DNA of 20,321 bases from a virus: UHGV virus genome UHGV-0122335. One strand, 5' to 3'. Under the pieces are notes generated by a model. That model was not told the origin of the DNA, did not search any database, and saw only the letters and a list, made by a program, of their open reading frames with translations. Below, one piece after another: positions 1-8,184 of the stretch. Positions within the stretch are counted from its first letter, which is position 1. Each line of letters begins with the position of its first letter. Position numbers and translations under genes: made by a program.

Positions 1-2034
1 AAGATGAGACAAGCCGCCAAATGTCCGGCGCGCCATCTGCCAGTTCGTGGTGGCCACATTCCTGAGGGATGGCGGGACGTTCCTGTTAGCACGAACCACT
101 ACTGCGGTATTGCTGGTTACAGAAATAATGTCGCAACGTAATTCTTTTGACACTTCATCGCCAGTATCAGGATCAGTTCCGGTATAAGGGAACTGTAGTT
201 GCGCGCCGACATCACTACTGGTGAAGTACGCACCACCAGAAACACTGATTGTATATTCCGCACGGTAATCCCATTCACCAGAACCACCAGTGATGGTCAT
301 CGTTCTGTCAGACGTATTTCTTCCATCATAGCTAAGGCCAGAATCAACAAAGAAAGCATCTTCATCGCTGGTAAATAAACGGCTGGACAGTCGCTCGATG
401 TATCTCACTGTTTGCCCGTTAACGGTTCGGTTAATGACGAAATACACCGCATCTTCATTGCCTTCGCTGATACTGCATGTGCTTTCATATTTTCCGGTAC
501 TGGACTGTGGTGCCCATGCAAAAACCTGTTGATCACGCAAATAGGTCATCACCAGTAATTTACCGTCATCACGAATGCAGAAGGCGCTGGAGTAAGGGAC
601 AATAGAGAAGCACCAGTCAACAATGCTGTGCTTCTGAAAAAGATGATTGGCAAGGATAGTAAGGTCGTTCCCCTGATAGCCGTCAACATCGAATGAGTAG
701 GCCAGATCACGGACAACACTGCCTTTCTCCTGGACGAACAGAGCAATATTCGCCACAGCAATTGGTGGGACGTTGCTTGAGCCATTTGATCCCTGAGAGC
801 TGAATGCAAATGATGATGGGGTTAACACTTTGTTCTGGTCGCCGGTGATGACGTACTCACCTCCGGAAGTCAGCGCCACCAGCGAACCAACATCAATCAG
901 GTGGCGGATCTCATTAACCTGACGCCCGGCATAGGTGTAGATAATTCTGTCGTCATCCTGCGTAGGATTGCTTTTGCCAAAATCCTTATAATCCCCGGTA
1001 CGGCTGGCCCAGATAGTCTGAGGGAACGCAGTCGATGCGGCGAAGTAAAGACGTTGTTGATAATAAACAACAGTGCCAGGATAACCATTAACACTGTTCC
1101 AGGCATATTTAGCCCATTTATAGCTGGCATTATCCTCGCCAACGACCTGCGAAGGGATATAGGAAATCACCTCGGCAGTTGCAGTAGTGCCGTTTACAGC
1201 AGTGATACGGGCAATGCCAAAACCACTGTGCAGATACTCCCACTCAATGCCAGTATCATCATCACCGGAGCCGCCCCAGCCATCCCATGATGTGCCTTCT
1301 GTATGCGAAGGGCGCAAAGTGCCTGTTTTGCCTGCTGTAACGGCGCGATAGTAATTACTGTCTGCACGGCGAATATCGCCAATCGACGTACTCTTACTGG
1401 TTTCCCATACCGGCACTGAATCCACTGCAGGCTGTTCCAGATAGAACAATTTGCCTACCTGCTCCGCGCCAAAAATAGAGGCGCTTGCCGTTAACGTAAT
1501 TGTCCCGGTGCTGGCGCTGGCATAAACCGTCACTGACTCGTCAATATTGATATCTTCAAATGGCCCGTTCTTCGTTACCACATCAACCAGTTGCCAGTTG
1601 TCATGCGCGTAGCGGCGCAACTCTTTCGGCGGGTATGCCGGGTGAACCAGCGTAAGCACGTCGGCGCTTTGCGTGAATTTAATTCGGAACAGATCGGCTT
1701 CAGTATATGGCGTGGCAATTTCATAAATAACATTGCTGCTGTTCAGCACCAACGCACCATCTTTGATAACGCGCATGTACTGGTGTCCGAACTCCAGAGC
1801 ATAGGTCTGAACCGTCGAGAACTGGAACGGGATCAGGCGGCATTTCCGATTTGGGTATTTTGCGGCACCGACAAAACGCGTACCTGGTCGATTCTCAACG
1901 CCGCCATACTGCCGCACGATCAACATAGCGCACTTGCGCAATGCCACCTGGTACTTCGCCATGTCGATACGTCCGTACAACGACGGTCCAATCTCACCAC
2001 CGGCAAAGCTGGGCTGGATCCAACTGATAGCCAT
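1..2034 (-). CDS. Large virion/tail structural protein, N-terminal 678 codons (gene continues beyond window start)
   Basis: Scanned the minus-strand frame by hand from ATG at 2034..2032 to position 1 and found no stop codons in 678 codons. Not in the ORF track because it has no stop inside the window. Its ATG overlaps the stop of the upstream 201-aa gene. Position after portal/scaffold/capsid suggests a tail protein; product is inferred from gene order only. Confidence 0.7.
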   Translation of the reverse strand, partial: MAISWIQPSFAGGEIGPSLYGRIDMAKYQVALRKCAMLIVRQYGGVENRPGTRFVGAAKYPNRKCRLIPFQFSTVQTYALEFGHQYMRVIKDGALVLNSSNVIYEIATPYTEADLFRIKFTQSADVLTLVHPAYPPKELRRYAHDNWQLVDVVTKNGPFEDINIDESVTVYASASTGTITLTASASIFGAEQVGKLFYLEQPAVDSVPVWETSKSTSIGDIRRADSNYYRAVTAGKTGTLRPSHTEGTSWDGWGGSGDDDTGIEWEYLHSGFGIARITAVNGTTATAEVISYIPSQVVGEDNASYKWAKYAWNSVNGYPGTVVYYQQRLYFAASTAFPQTIWASRTGDYKDFGKSNPTQDDDRIIYTYAGRQVNEIRHLIDVGSLVALTSGGEYVITGDQNKVLTPSSFAFSSQGSNGSSNVPPIAVANIALFVQEKGSVVRDLAYSFDVDGYQGNDLTILANHLFQKHSIVDWCFSIVPYSSAFCIRDDGKLLVMTYLRDQQVFAWAPQSSTGKYESTCSISEGNEDAVYFVINRTVNGQTVRYIERLSSRLFTSDEDAFFVDSGLSYDGRNTSDRTMTITGGSGEWDYRAEYTISVSGGAYFTSSDVGAQLQFPYTGTDPDTGDEVSKELRCDIISVTSNTAVVVRANRNVPPSLRNVATTNWQMARRTFGGLSHL

Positions 2035-2639
2035 CAGGACAACCTCGCAATGGTAAACTCGTCAACCGGTGGCTGTGGTTCCTGTGATTCATTCTGGCTA
2101 TGCGAGCCAGCACTAAGAATCACGCGATTGTACATATTGAGGGCAAACGTACCGAGGTCTGCATTCCCAGTCAGCGCCATGTTAATGGCTGCCGCAAGAC
2201 GCCAGGCCAACGCCTCCATAAAAATGGCATCAAACATGTTCACATCTGAAACGCGAGATACATACTTGAGCCATGCCTGCGGCTGGTCTGTGTAGATCAA
2301 CTTTCCTGTTCCGTTGGTGTCTGCACCAACTTCGTACTGAACGCGCATTGCTGCTGTTGGATTGCGTACACCAGGAAGCATAATTTCAGTAATGCGCAGA
2401 CAATCGGACGGGTACTGGTACGCATATTCCCAGTCAGGCGGTGGATTGCTCGTATCTGCAAGCGCCACGCGTTTGGTAGCAAAGTTCCAGTCAAAATCAG
2501 AAAGCACAGCATCACGGCAGGCCTCAAAGTGCAGCGAACATTCCCCCGCTTCCTTGCTGGCTTCCGTCAGGCTGTTAATACTGCGGCTGTTGCCAATATT
2601 GGACAGCGCACGATTGCAGATCTCTACTACAGAGGCCAT
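2034..2639 (-). CDS. Putative virion/tail adaptor protein (201 aa)
   Basis: ORF track 201 aa; ATG at 2639..2637 with AGGAG about 12 nt upstream; sits in the morphogenesis module and is coupled to the downstream large gene. Function inferred from position. Confidence 0.55.
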   Translation of the reverse strand: MASVVEICNRALSNIGNSRSINSLTEASKEAGECSLHFEACRDAVLSDFDWNFATKRVALADTSNPPPDWEYAYQYPSDCLRITEIMLPGVRNPTAAMRVQYEVGADTNGTGKLIYTDQPQAWLKYVSRVSDVNMFDAIFMEALAWRLAAAINMALTGNADLGTFALNMYNRVILSAGSHSQNESQEPQPPVDEFTIARLS

Positions 2640-2661
2640 AAGTTTCTATACTCCTGCAATA

Positions 2662-2679
2662 AAGGGGCCGAAGCCCCTT
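2662..2679 (-). other. Intergenic stem-loop (AAGGGGC-cgaa-GCCCCTT) between two virion genes
   Basis: Perfect 7-bp inverted repeat with 4-nt loop in the 56-bp gap between 2639 and 2696. No strong U-tract follows on the minus strand, so it is more likely an mRNA stability or attenuation hairpin than a full terminator. Confidence 0.3.
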
Positions 2680-2695
2680 GTCTGATTCGCGAGGC

Positions 2696-3031
2696 TTACA
2701 CGCCCAGTTCTTTACGCTTATCTGCGATCTTCTCGCGGAGCGTTTCGGCTTTGGCGTTATGGTGTGGCTTCTCGTTAAAGAGCAATTCGTACTCTTCACG
2801 GAGCTTATCCAGTTCACCATCATCTGACACATCGTTGATGATTTTGGTGCTGGTTGCTGCCATTGACACCTTTCCTGCAACTTTTGCTTTTGCCTGTCTG
2901 GCTGCATCGTTAACAGGTTCCAGTGCGCTACCAGGCTCACCTTCGTATTCGATTTCTGCCCCCTCCGGCCACAGAGTGTTATGGATATGAGAGAGGCGCA
3001 GAACGCGGTATCTTGGTTTCTCACCTGACAT
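2696..3031 (-). CDS. Hypothetical virion-module protein (111 aa from ATG 3031; track gives a GTG start at 3040)
   Basis: ORF track 2696..3040; internal ATG at 3031 is preceded by AAGGTGA; lies between capsid-region genes. Confidence 0.5.
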   Translation of the reverse strand: MSGEKPRYRVLRLSHIHNTLWPEGAEIEYEGEPGSALEPVNDAARQAKAKVAGKVSMAATSTKIINDVSDDGELDKLREEYELLFNEKPHHNAKAETLREKIADKRKELGV

Positions 3032-3041
3032 CAATATCACC

Positions 3042-3479
3042 TTAACCAGTTACTTTTGAGCGGATCGGATACGGCGTATTGGCATCAACATCAAGATTGA
3101 TACCCGCAGTGAATTTGCCAGCCGTTAGTGGGCCAGTTGCGACGGAGTAGTTAACACGCAGATATCGCTGAACACCGGCAGGCACCTTTGCAGAAACAAC
3201 TCGCTTACCTGCTGTCAGGGGGGCCTTTGCCAGTGCGCCACTATCATAAATAGTGGACCATGAGCTGTTATTCTCACTCGTCTGCAACTGGATGTTTACA
3301 GTTGCCTCACCACTTGCCGTGGCGGCTTCGTTAACCAGCACCCAAAACTCAAGCGGGTAACCCACACCGATATCGCGACGGTTTCCGTCAATTGGACCGA
3401 GATCGATTACGTCAGTAGAAGCCGCGGTATCAGTTACCGCCTGTGCTTCGGAGAACATCAACAGTTTGTCGGTGATCAT
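3042..3479 (-). CDS. Hypothetical virion protein (145 aa), possible head decoration or accessory protein
   Basis: ORF track; ATG at 3479 with GGAGA upstream; immediately downstream of the major capsid gene. Product inferred from position. Confidence 0.55.
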   Translation of the reverse strand: MITDKLLMFSEAQAVTDTAASTDVIDLGPIDGNRRDIGVGYPLEFWVLVNEAATASGEATVNIQLQTSENNSSWSTIYDSGALAKAPLTAGKRVVSAKVPAGVQRYLRVNYSVATGPLTAGKFTAGINLDVDANTPYPIRSKVTG

Positions 3480-3494
3480 CTTCTTTCTCCATTA

Positions 3495-3514
3495 GTGGGC
3501 CTGTTGCGGCCCAC
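3495..3514 (-). other. Stem-loop immediately after the major capsid gene (GTGGGCC-tgttgc-GGCCCAC)
   Basis: 7-bp perfect inverted repeat 17 nt downstream of the capsid stop codon; no U-run, so probably a stability hairpin or partial terminator. Confidence 0.3.
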
Positions 3515-3530
3515 AGGTTAATAACAGGCG

Positions 3531-4517
3531 TTACACCACGCGGGCTTCTGTTTCCAGAAGTGCGTCAGTTTCACGAATCGGCACACCACGAAGTGCTGTC
3601 CACCATTCGCCTTCTGTCTCTTTCACGCTGATCGCCAGAGAACTCTTCTCCAGAGATTGCAGGTCAAGCACTTCGTTAATGGTTCTGTTCATGTAGAAAA
3701 CAGGACGTCCCATCCCACGATTTGGGATTCGATGAAGGGCACGAATCATCAGTTTTGCGATATTCGCGGCAGTAGAAGGAGCGTCAAGATTACTGACATC
3801 AATGTTTGCGATACGAACTACATAGCGCCAGTCACGTAATGTCAGCCCGTTGTCCCACTTATAATGGGTACGATAACCTTCGTACTTGCCGCCTTTAGCA
3901 TCTTCCAGTGTCACCTGGCCTTTATCTTCCATCTGAATGCCAGCCTTCTGTCCTTTCGGGAAGATGCCATGCACGGTGTTTTCGCCCCACACCACTAACC
4001 AGATTGAAGTGTTATCTGTACCCGTGCCACCAGCATCAATGATGTTCTGAGCATTACCCGCAGACAGGCTGGAATAGCGGGAGGACAGTCCCATAAACTG
4101 CTGAGGGTTAACGCTGGAATCACCGTAAAACAGTGTCTGCGCCATCGCCTGATTCATCGCTTCAATAAATGCTCGGTCTTCAGACAGACGGAATTCGGCA
4201 GTATTACCGTTCAGATCAGCCAGAGACTTATCGACTTCAGCATAGGTTTCCAGCATGCCAATGGAATCGGTGACCTGCACTGTGGTTGATTTGCTTGGCT
4301 GTACGCCATAGTTCAGCAAACGCCAGGTAGCAGAAGGTAAACCAGAACGAATGGTGGTTCGGTGTCCGGTAGGAAGGTTTCCTTCAACAAAAGGCATATC
4401 CTGAAGAATTGGGTTAGTTTGATTGAGAAGCTCGATAATCTTATCGACTTTCCCATTTGGATCGACGCGCTTACCCCAGTCAGCCAGCGTTAGCGCAGTT
4501 AAGCCTTTAACAGACAT
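3531..4517 (-). CDS. Major capsid protein (328 aa)
   Basis: ORF track; ATG at 4517 with strong GGAGGAGA-type RBS; size and position (after portal and an acidic scaffold-like protein) are typical of a major capsid protein. No sequence match was confirmed. Confidence 0.7.
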   Translation of the reverse strand: MSVKGLTALTLADWGKRVDPNGKVDKIIELLNQTNPILQDMPFVEGNLPTGHRTTIRSGLPSATWRLLNYGVQPSKSTTVQVTDSIGMLETYAEVDKSLADLNGNTAEFRLSEDRAFIEAMNQAMAQTLFYGDSSVNPQQFMGLSSRYSSLSAGNAQNIIDAGGTGTDNTSIWLVVWGENTVHGIFPKGQKAGIQMEDKGQVTLEDAKGGKYEGYRTHYKWDNGLTLRDWRYVVRIANIDVSNLDAPSTAANIAKLMIRALHRIPNRGMGRPVFYMNRTINEVLDLQSLEKSSLAISVKETEGEWWTALRGVPIRETDALLETEARVV

Positions 4518-4531
4518 TGTTATCTCCTCTC

Positions 4532-5227
4532 TTATTTGCCATAGAGCACTTCGGCCGCACTACGCTGGCCTTCATTACCACCGGTGACCATGCCATCTTC
4601 AGACATAGCCTTTCCGATTTTCACGAACGTTTTGACCAGATCAGGGTGATTACCCAGCCCGGTGGTGTTCAGATATTCTTTGAGTTCAGGTGTCCCGAAC
4701 TGGTCAAGCGCACGCTGTGCGGCGCTAAGGTTAGAAATCAACTTGTCGCCACCGATTTCTTTGTCAGCTTTTACATCCGCAGCCCACTGCTCGGTTGTTT
4801 TCTGCCAGGCTTCTGCCTGGCGCTGCTGAACACCTGCCAGAATTTTCGGATAAGCATCAACCAGCTTTTGCGCTTGCTCGTTGGTCAGGTTAAGTTCTCG
4901 CGCCACCGGCTCGAACTCCTTCAACGCTTCTGTATCCAGCTCTACGCCTTCGGCAGCCTGAAACTCGTACTTCTCAGGCGCACCCTCTGGTTTATCGCCG
5001 TCCTTTTTTTCATCCTGCTTATCGTTTTCAGGCTTTTTGTCATCAGCAGGTTTATCGCCATCAGCAACAGGTTGTGGCTTATCACCTTCCTGTTGTGATG
5101 GATCACCAACTGGAGCAGGGTTATCACCTGCAGGCGCTGACGGTTCTGACGCAGCCGGAGCTGCTCCACCATCGACTGGTTGCTCATTGCAAAGACGGCG
5201 ATACAGCAAACGCTCAAATAAATTCAT
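4532..5227 (-). CDS. Scaffolding (capsid assembly) protein, acidic and helical (about 231 aa)
   Basis: ORF track 4532..5233; ATG at 5227 with AGGAG 5 nt upstream; highly acidic D/E/K/P-rich N-terminal half; located between portal and capsid genes. Confidence 0.55.
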   Translation of the reverse strand: MNLFERLLYRRLCNEQPVDGGAAPAASEPSAPAGDNPAPVGDPSQQEGDKPQPVADGDKPADDKKPENDKQDEKKDGDKPEGAPEKYEFQAAEGVELDTEALKEFEPVARELNLTNEQAQKLVDAYPKILAGVQQRQAEAWQKTTEQWAADVKADKEIGGDKLISNLSAAQRALDQFGTPELKEYLNTTGLGNHPDLVKTFVKIGKAMSEDGMVTGGNEGQRSAAEVLYGK

Positions 5228-5229
5228 GA

Positions 5230-5526
5230 TCACTCCTGTTCACTGGCCTCTTTGGCCATCTTCAAATACTGTTCAGGGCAATGCGCCATAACGCGCTGAA
5301 ACAGTTCCAGCGCCAGATTGCGTTGCCCCTCATTAAATGCCATTGCCATAGCGTCCATCGGTGAGATAGCGGAAAACACCCGGCCTTTCTCCAGCACAGA
5401 CCAGACAACGCGACGCCCCTGTTCACTGCTCATGACAAAGCGAATGTCATCAATTTCACGCTGTGCCATGTCACGTTGCTTACGGGCGTTTTCTTCTTTC
5501 AGTTGATCGTCTTCGTAATCTGTCAT
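5230..5526 (-). CDS. Hypothetical protein (98 aa) between portal and scaffold
   Basis: ORF track; its ATG overlaps the portal stop (ATGA), suggesting translational coupling. Confidence 0.55.
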   Translation of the reverse strand: MTDYEDDQLKEENARKQRDMAQREIDDIRFVMSSEQGRRVVWSVLEKGRVFSAISPMDAMAMAFNEGQRNLALELFQRVMAHCPEQYLKMAKEASEQE

Positions 5527-7202
5527 TGTGATTGCCCACCCTGACCACTAACTGCATTCGCCATAGCTGACAAAACACTCGGATCCGAAGTTTTAGCTTC
5601 GCTTAGCGTCTTGGCACCCTGTGCCGCCGCCATCCCCATCGCCATCATTTGTTGCTGCTGTTGTTGCTGTGCCCGTTGCTGGCGAGCCTGCTCAACCTGT
5701 TCCTGCGGAACAATGACGGTTGGAGACACTCCGGACATATCAGCGAATGCATCGATCGCCTGATCAACGTTGAGTTTGTCGAAAGCTTCTGGTTTCGCTT
5801 GCGCAAGTTGACCAATGAAGTTAACCGTGGACGCCAGACTGGACAGGCCGATAGACTTCTGCGCCTGAGCCATGACAGAAATGTATTCGACCTTCAGGGG
5901 CATACCTTCCATCGCGTCAGGCGGTGGCGGCAGCATGTTTTTACGCACCATCATCGAGAAAGCGCGGTCAATGAGAGGATTAAGACATTCGTCGTTCAGA
6001 CGCTCCAGAACCGGCCCCAACATCAGAAGCTTTTCTTCTTTCATTTCGATCACCGCTTCAACAGGCATTGAGCGGGTATTGATGTTCTGCAACATCATGA
6101 ACAGATCGACGAAGTAGGCGCTGTTAATGATTTGACGAGTGTCCTGAATGTCTGCCACCAAATCTGCTGTACTGGGGTTAACCAGATAAGCAGGCCTGAA
6201 GCCATCCTGACCAGTAATCTGATCGATATACGTGATGTCGCCAGGAAGAAGGGAGGCGCGCTGATTCTTGAGGGAAGTCGGAGCAACCATCGGCGGATTG
6301 GTGGCTTTATCAATCAACTGCGACTTGCGCTTCTGGAGAAGCTGCAATGCCTTAACAGGTCCAAGCGCCAGCATACCCGGGCATGATGATCCATAAACAT
6401 CTTCGCCGTTAACTTCCCAGCGCGGAGCCATAATTGGAAACTCATCGAATCCGGACTCGCGCAACAACTTGTCGTTATCGCCACCAACCTCGTAATAAAC
6501 CGATTTGAATGGCTTGTTCTTGCTATCCAGCTTCGATGCATCGCGGTCAATGTTCGGGTAAACCGAATGCATCACTTCAATCCACTTCTCGTAGGTGCCG
6601 CTTTCCCACATGCTTTTTACGGATTCGCTGACGTTATTTAGCCCGAACTCCTGAACAAGCTGACGAACAGTCATAGAGAACTTGCGAAAACAGGTGTCCA
6701 CACTGCCACGAGGTGAGTTAGCCAGGTAGTAACTGCCTATCGGGAATGGCATTGTGCGAATGATGTCCTCGTCATCCTCCAGCACTGCCATTGCACCAGT
6801 GCTGTATGTGCCGAGGCTTCCGTATAACTGCGGCAGAGACTGATAGAGATTCGACTTATTGAACATATCGTTCATGCGGTTCTGCACCGCCTCAAGCCAC
6901 AACTTAACAGGGCCATAATCCATCATTTCAGGATCTGGCGTAGCCAGGCGAAACCACGGACGCGCGGGGCTTGTGATGCCTGACATCATGCCGCTGGCGA
7001 GAGTGCGCGCCGCCATAGTCCCGGTCGAATCAATAATACGTGTATTGCGTCGATCGTTACGGTTGACCTCAGAAGTCAGAAAGCGGGAACCACGCGGGTT
7101 GATGTAATCACTCAACTCGCGCCAGTGCGGCTCGAACGATTGACGCTCGCTTTCAAGTTGTGCGAACTGTTTGTTCAATCGCTCTTTAGTTGTTTCCGCC
7201 AT
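5523..7202 (-). CDS. Portal (head-tail connector) protein, 559 aa, with Q/A-rich C-terminal tail
   Basis: ORF track; ATG at 7202 with GGAG RBS; size and position after terL; C-terminal poly-Q/Ala-rich tail resembles T7-type head-tail connector proteins (recollection, not a search). Confidence 0.7.
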   Translation of the reverse strand: MAETTKERLNKQFAQLESERQSFEPHWRELSDYINPRGSRFLTSEVNRNDRRNTRIIDSTGTMAARTLASGMMSGITSPARPWFRLATPDPEMMDYGPVKLWLEAVQNRMNDMFNKSNLYQSLPQLYGSLGTYSTGAMAVLEDDEDIIRTMPFPIGSYYLANSPRGSVDTCFRKFSMTVRQLVQEFGLNNVSESVKSMWESGTYEKWIEVMHSVYPNIDRDASKLDSKNKPFKSVYYEVGGDNDKLLRESGFDEFPIMAPRWEVNGEDVYGSSCPGMLALGPVKALQLLQKRKSQLIDKATNPPMVAPTSLKNQRASLLPGDITYIDQITGQDGFRPAYLVNPSTADLVADIQDTRQIINSAYFVDLFMMLQNINTRSMPVEAVIEMKEEKLLMLGPVLERLNDECLNPLIDRAFSMMVRKNMLPPPPDAMEGMPLKVEYISVMAQAQKSIGLSSLASTVNFIGQLAQAKPEAFDKLNVDQAIDAFADMSGVSPTVIVPQEQVEQARQQRAQQQQQQQMMAMGMAAAQGAKTLSEAKTSDPSVLSAMANAVSGQGGQSQ

Positions 7203-7216
7203 TTCAATGACTCCGG

Positions 7217-7423
7217 TTACTGACCAAGCAGCGTTTTACCGCTGGTATTAGCGGTTGATGTGTCGCCCTGAGAACCGGTAAGCAGCGTAGAACTACGACC
7301 AGCAGCAGCGCGACGGCGACGAGTTTCTTCGTCGCGGGCATCAACAACGGCGGCATCCTGCTCCTGTGGTGCTGCCTGAACTTCTGGTGTTGCAGGCACT
7401 GATGGTGAGCTACCCATGCACAT
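7217..7423 (-). CDS. Small acidic S/T/A-rich hypothetical protein (68 aa) upstream of portal
   Basis: ORF track; ATG at 7423 preceded by GGAGTCATTGAT; stop lies 15 nt before the portal ATG. Confidence 0.45.
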   Translation of the reverse strand: MCMGSSPSVPATPEVQAAPQEQDAAVVDARDEETRRRRAAAGRSSTLLTGSQGDTSTANTSGKTLLGQ

Positions 7424-7491
7424 ATCAATGACTCCGTACGCAATTAAATTATTACCAATTTAACCACATATGATTTATTTATCGTAGACAG

Positions 7492-7520
7492 TTGACATTT
7501 AATGCACGAATTATTACCTT
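7492..7520 (+). promoter_or_regulatory. Candidate sigma70 promoter (TTGACA at 7492-7497 with a weak -10) upstream of the tRNA island
   Basis: Consensus -35 hexamer TTGACA; the downstream -10 is poor (TATTAC/TACCTT region); overlaps the palindrome at 7514..7528. Confidence 0.3.
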
Positions 7521-7528
7521 TAAGGTAA
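7514..7528. repeat. 15-bp near-palindrome TTACCTTTAAGGTAA (copy 1 of 2)
   Basis: Seen directly; a second copy TTACCTTGAAGGTAA lies at 8138..8152; a further palindrome GGTTACTAACC lies at 7545..7555. Confidence 0.5.
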
Positions 7529-7857
7529 CCAAAGAGTTCATTCCGGTTACTAACCTGACTGGCTTGTCGTTAAATTGAACAGGTGGAGTGAGCTTTTATT
7601 TTGAGCAGTACGGCGTATGGCACATGCGACGATAGCGGTCTGGATACGTTTAAGGGGCACCCTCCCTTGCTCGGGCAAACGAACCAGGTAGCCGGAATGT
7701 GCAAGTCGAGCGGTTTTATTCCGCGCACGGGGATTCACCATCCCGGCGATTCGGTGTGACGCCTCGGAAGAGACGAGGGTACAACGATGAGAGCATTGGA
7801 TATTAGCGGGCTGTTCCACCCTACCTGATATCGAGCCAAACCAGTGCTCTCAGCGTT

Positions 7858-7934
7858 GTGGCATTAGCTCAGTTGGACAGAGCAACCGCCTTCTAAGCGG
7901 TTGGTCGCAGGTTCGAATCCTGCATGCCACGCCA
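7858..7934 (+). tRNA. tRNA-Arg (anticodon UCU, reads AGA), CCA encoded
   Basis: Hand-folded cloverleaf: acceptor GTGGCAT/ATGCCAC, D-stem GCTC/GAGC, anticodon stem ACCGC/GCGGT with loop CTTCTAA, T-arm GCAGG-TTCGAAT-CCTGC, discriminator G plus CCA. Phage-borne tRNA-Arg(UCU) is common in lambdoid and Stx-type phages. Confidence 0.9.
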
Positions 7935-7977
7935 GAATCACGCCTAAGGACCGTGATGCCAGAAGTTCCAGGGGATT

Positions 7978-8019
7978 GGCGGTGACTGTTTCCCTTGAAG
8001 GACTATCACCGCCCTTTTT
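7978..8019 (+). terminator. Putative intrinsic terminator downstream of the tRNA
   Basis: GGCGGTGA...TCACCGCC 8-bp stem (long structured loop) followed by CTTTTTTA. Confidence 0.45.
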
Positions 8020-8097
8020 ACAGCAGGACGCCATTGCGATGACTTCATGCTGTAAACCAGTACAGCCACGGAAGGCATAACTCATTGCTTCCAGTTC

Positions 8098-8121
8098 GCC
8101 CGGTTCGCCGGGCATTTTTTT
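8098..8121 (+). terminator. Intrinsic (rho-independent) terminator
   Basis: GCCCGG-ttcg-CCGGGC hairpin followed by ATTTTTTT. Confidence 0.65.
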
Positions 8122-8137
8122 GCCTGGTGACTGAACG

Positions 8138-8152
8138 TTACCTTGAAGGTAA
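8138..8152. repeat. 15-bp near-palindrome TTACCTTGAAGGTAA (copy 2), 33 nt upstream of the moron ATG
   Basis: Seen directly; overlaps a candidate promoter (GTGACT -35 at about 8127, TAAGAT -10 at 8150-8155). Confidence 0.5.
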
Positions 8153-8184
8153 GATAACAAAAACATTTAACATCTGGTTTAGAC

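Noticed and set aside
549-1382. Several 60-130 aa ORFs on both strands (549..809, 897..1142, 901..1290, 1194..1382)
   Set aside because: All lie inside or antisense to the long minus-strand tail gene in other frames; likely spurious.
1591-2295. 234-aa plus-strand ORF
   Set aside because: Lies antisense to the uninterrupted minus-strand structural gene (1..2034) and overlaps the 201-aa gene; Arg-rich composition typical of a spurious antisense ORF; no RBS.
4517-5098. 193-aa plus-strand ORF
   Set aside because: Antisense to the scaffold gene; no RBS; hydrophobic/low-complexity translation consistent with a spurious frame.
7550-7819. 89-aa minus-strand ORF in the tRNA leader region
   Set aside because: Arg-rich and low-complexity with no RBS; the region is more plausibly non-coding RNA or leader.
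7864-8166. 100-aa minus-strand ORF
   Set aside because: Overlaps the tRNA-Arg and both plus-strand terminators; no RBS; unlikely to be coding.
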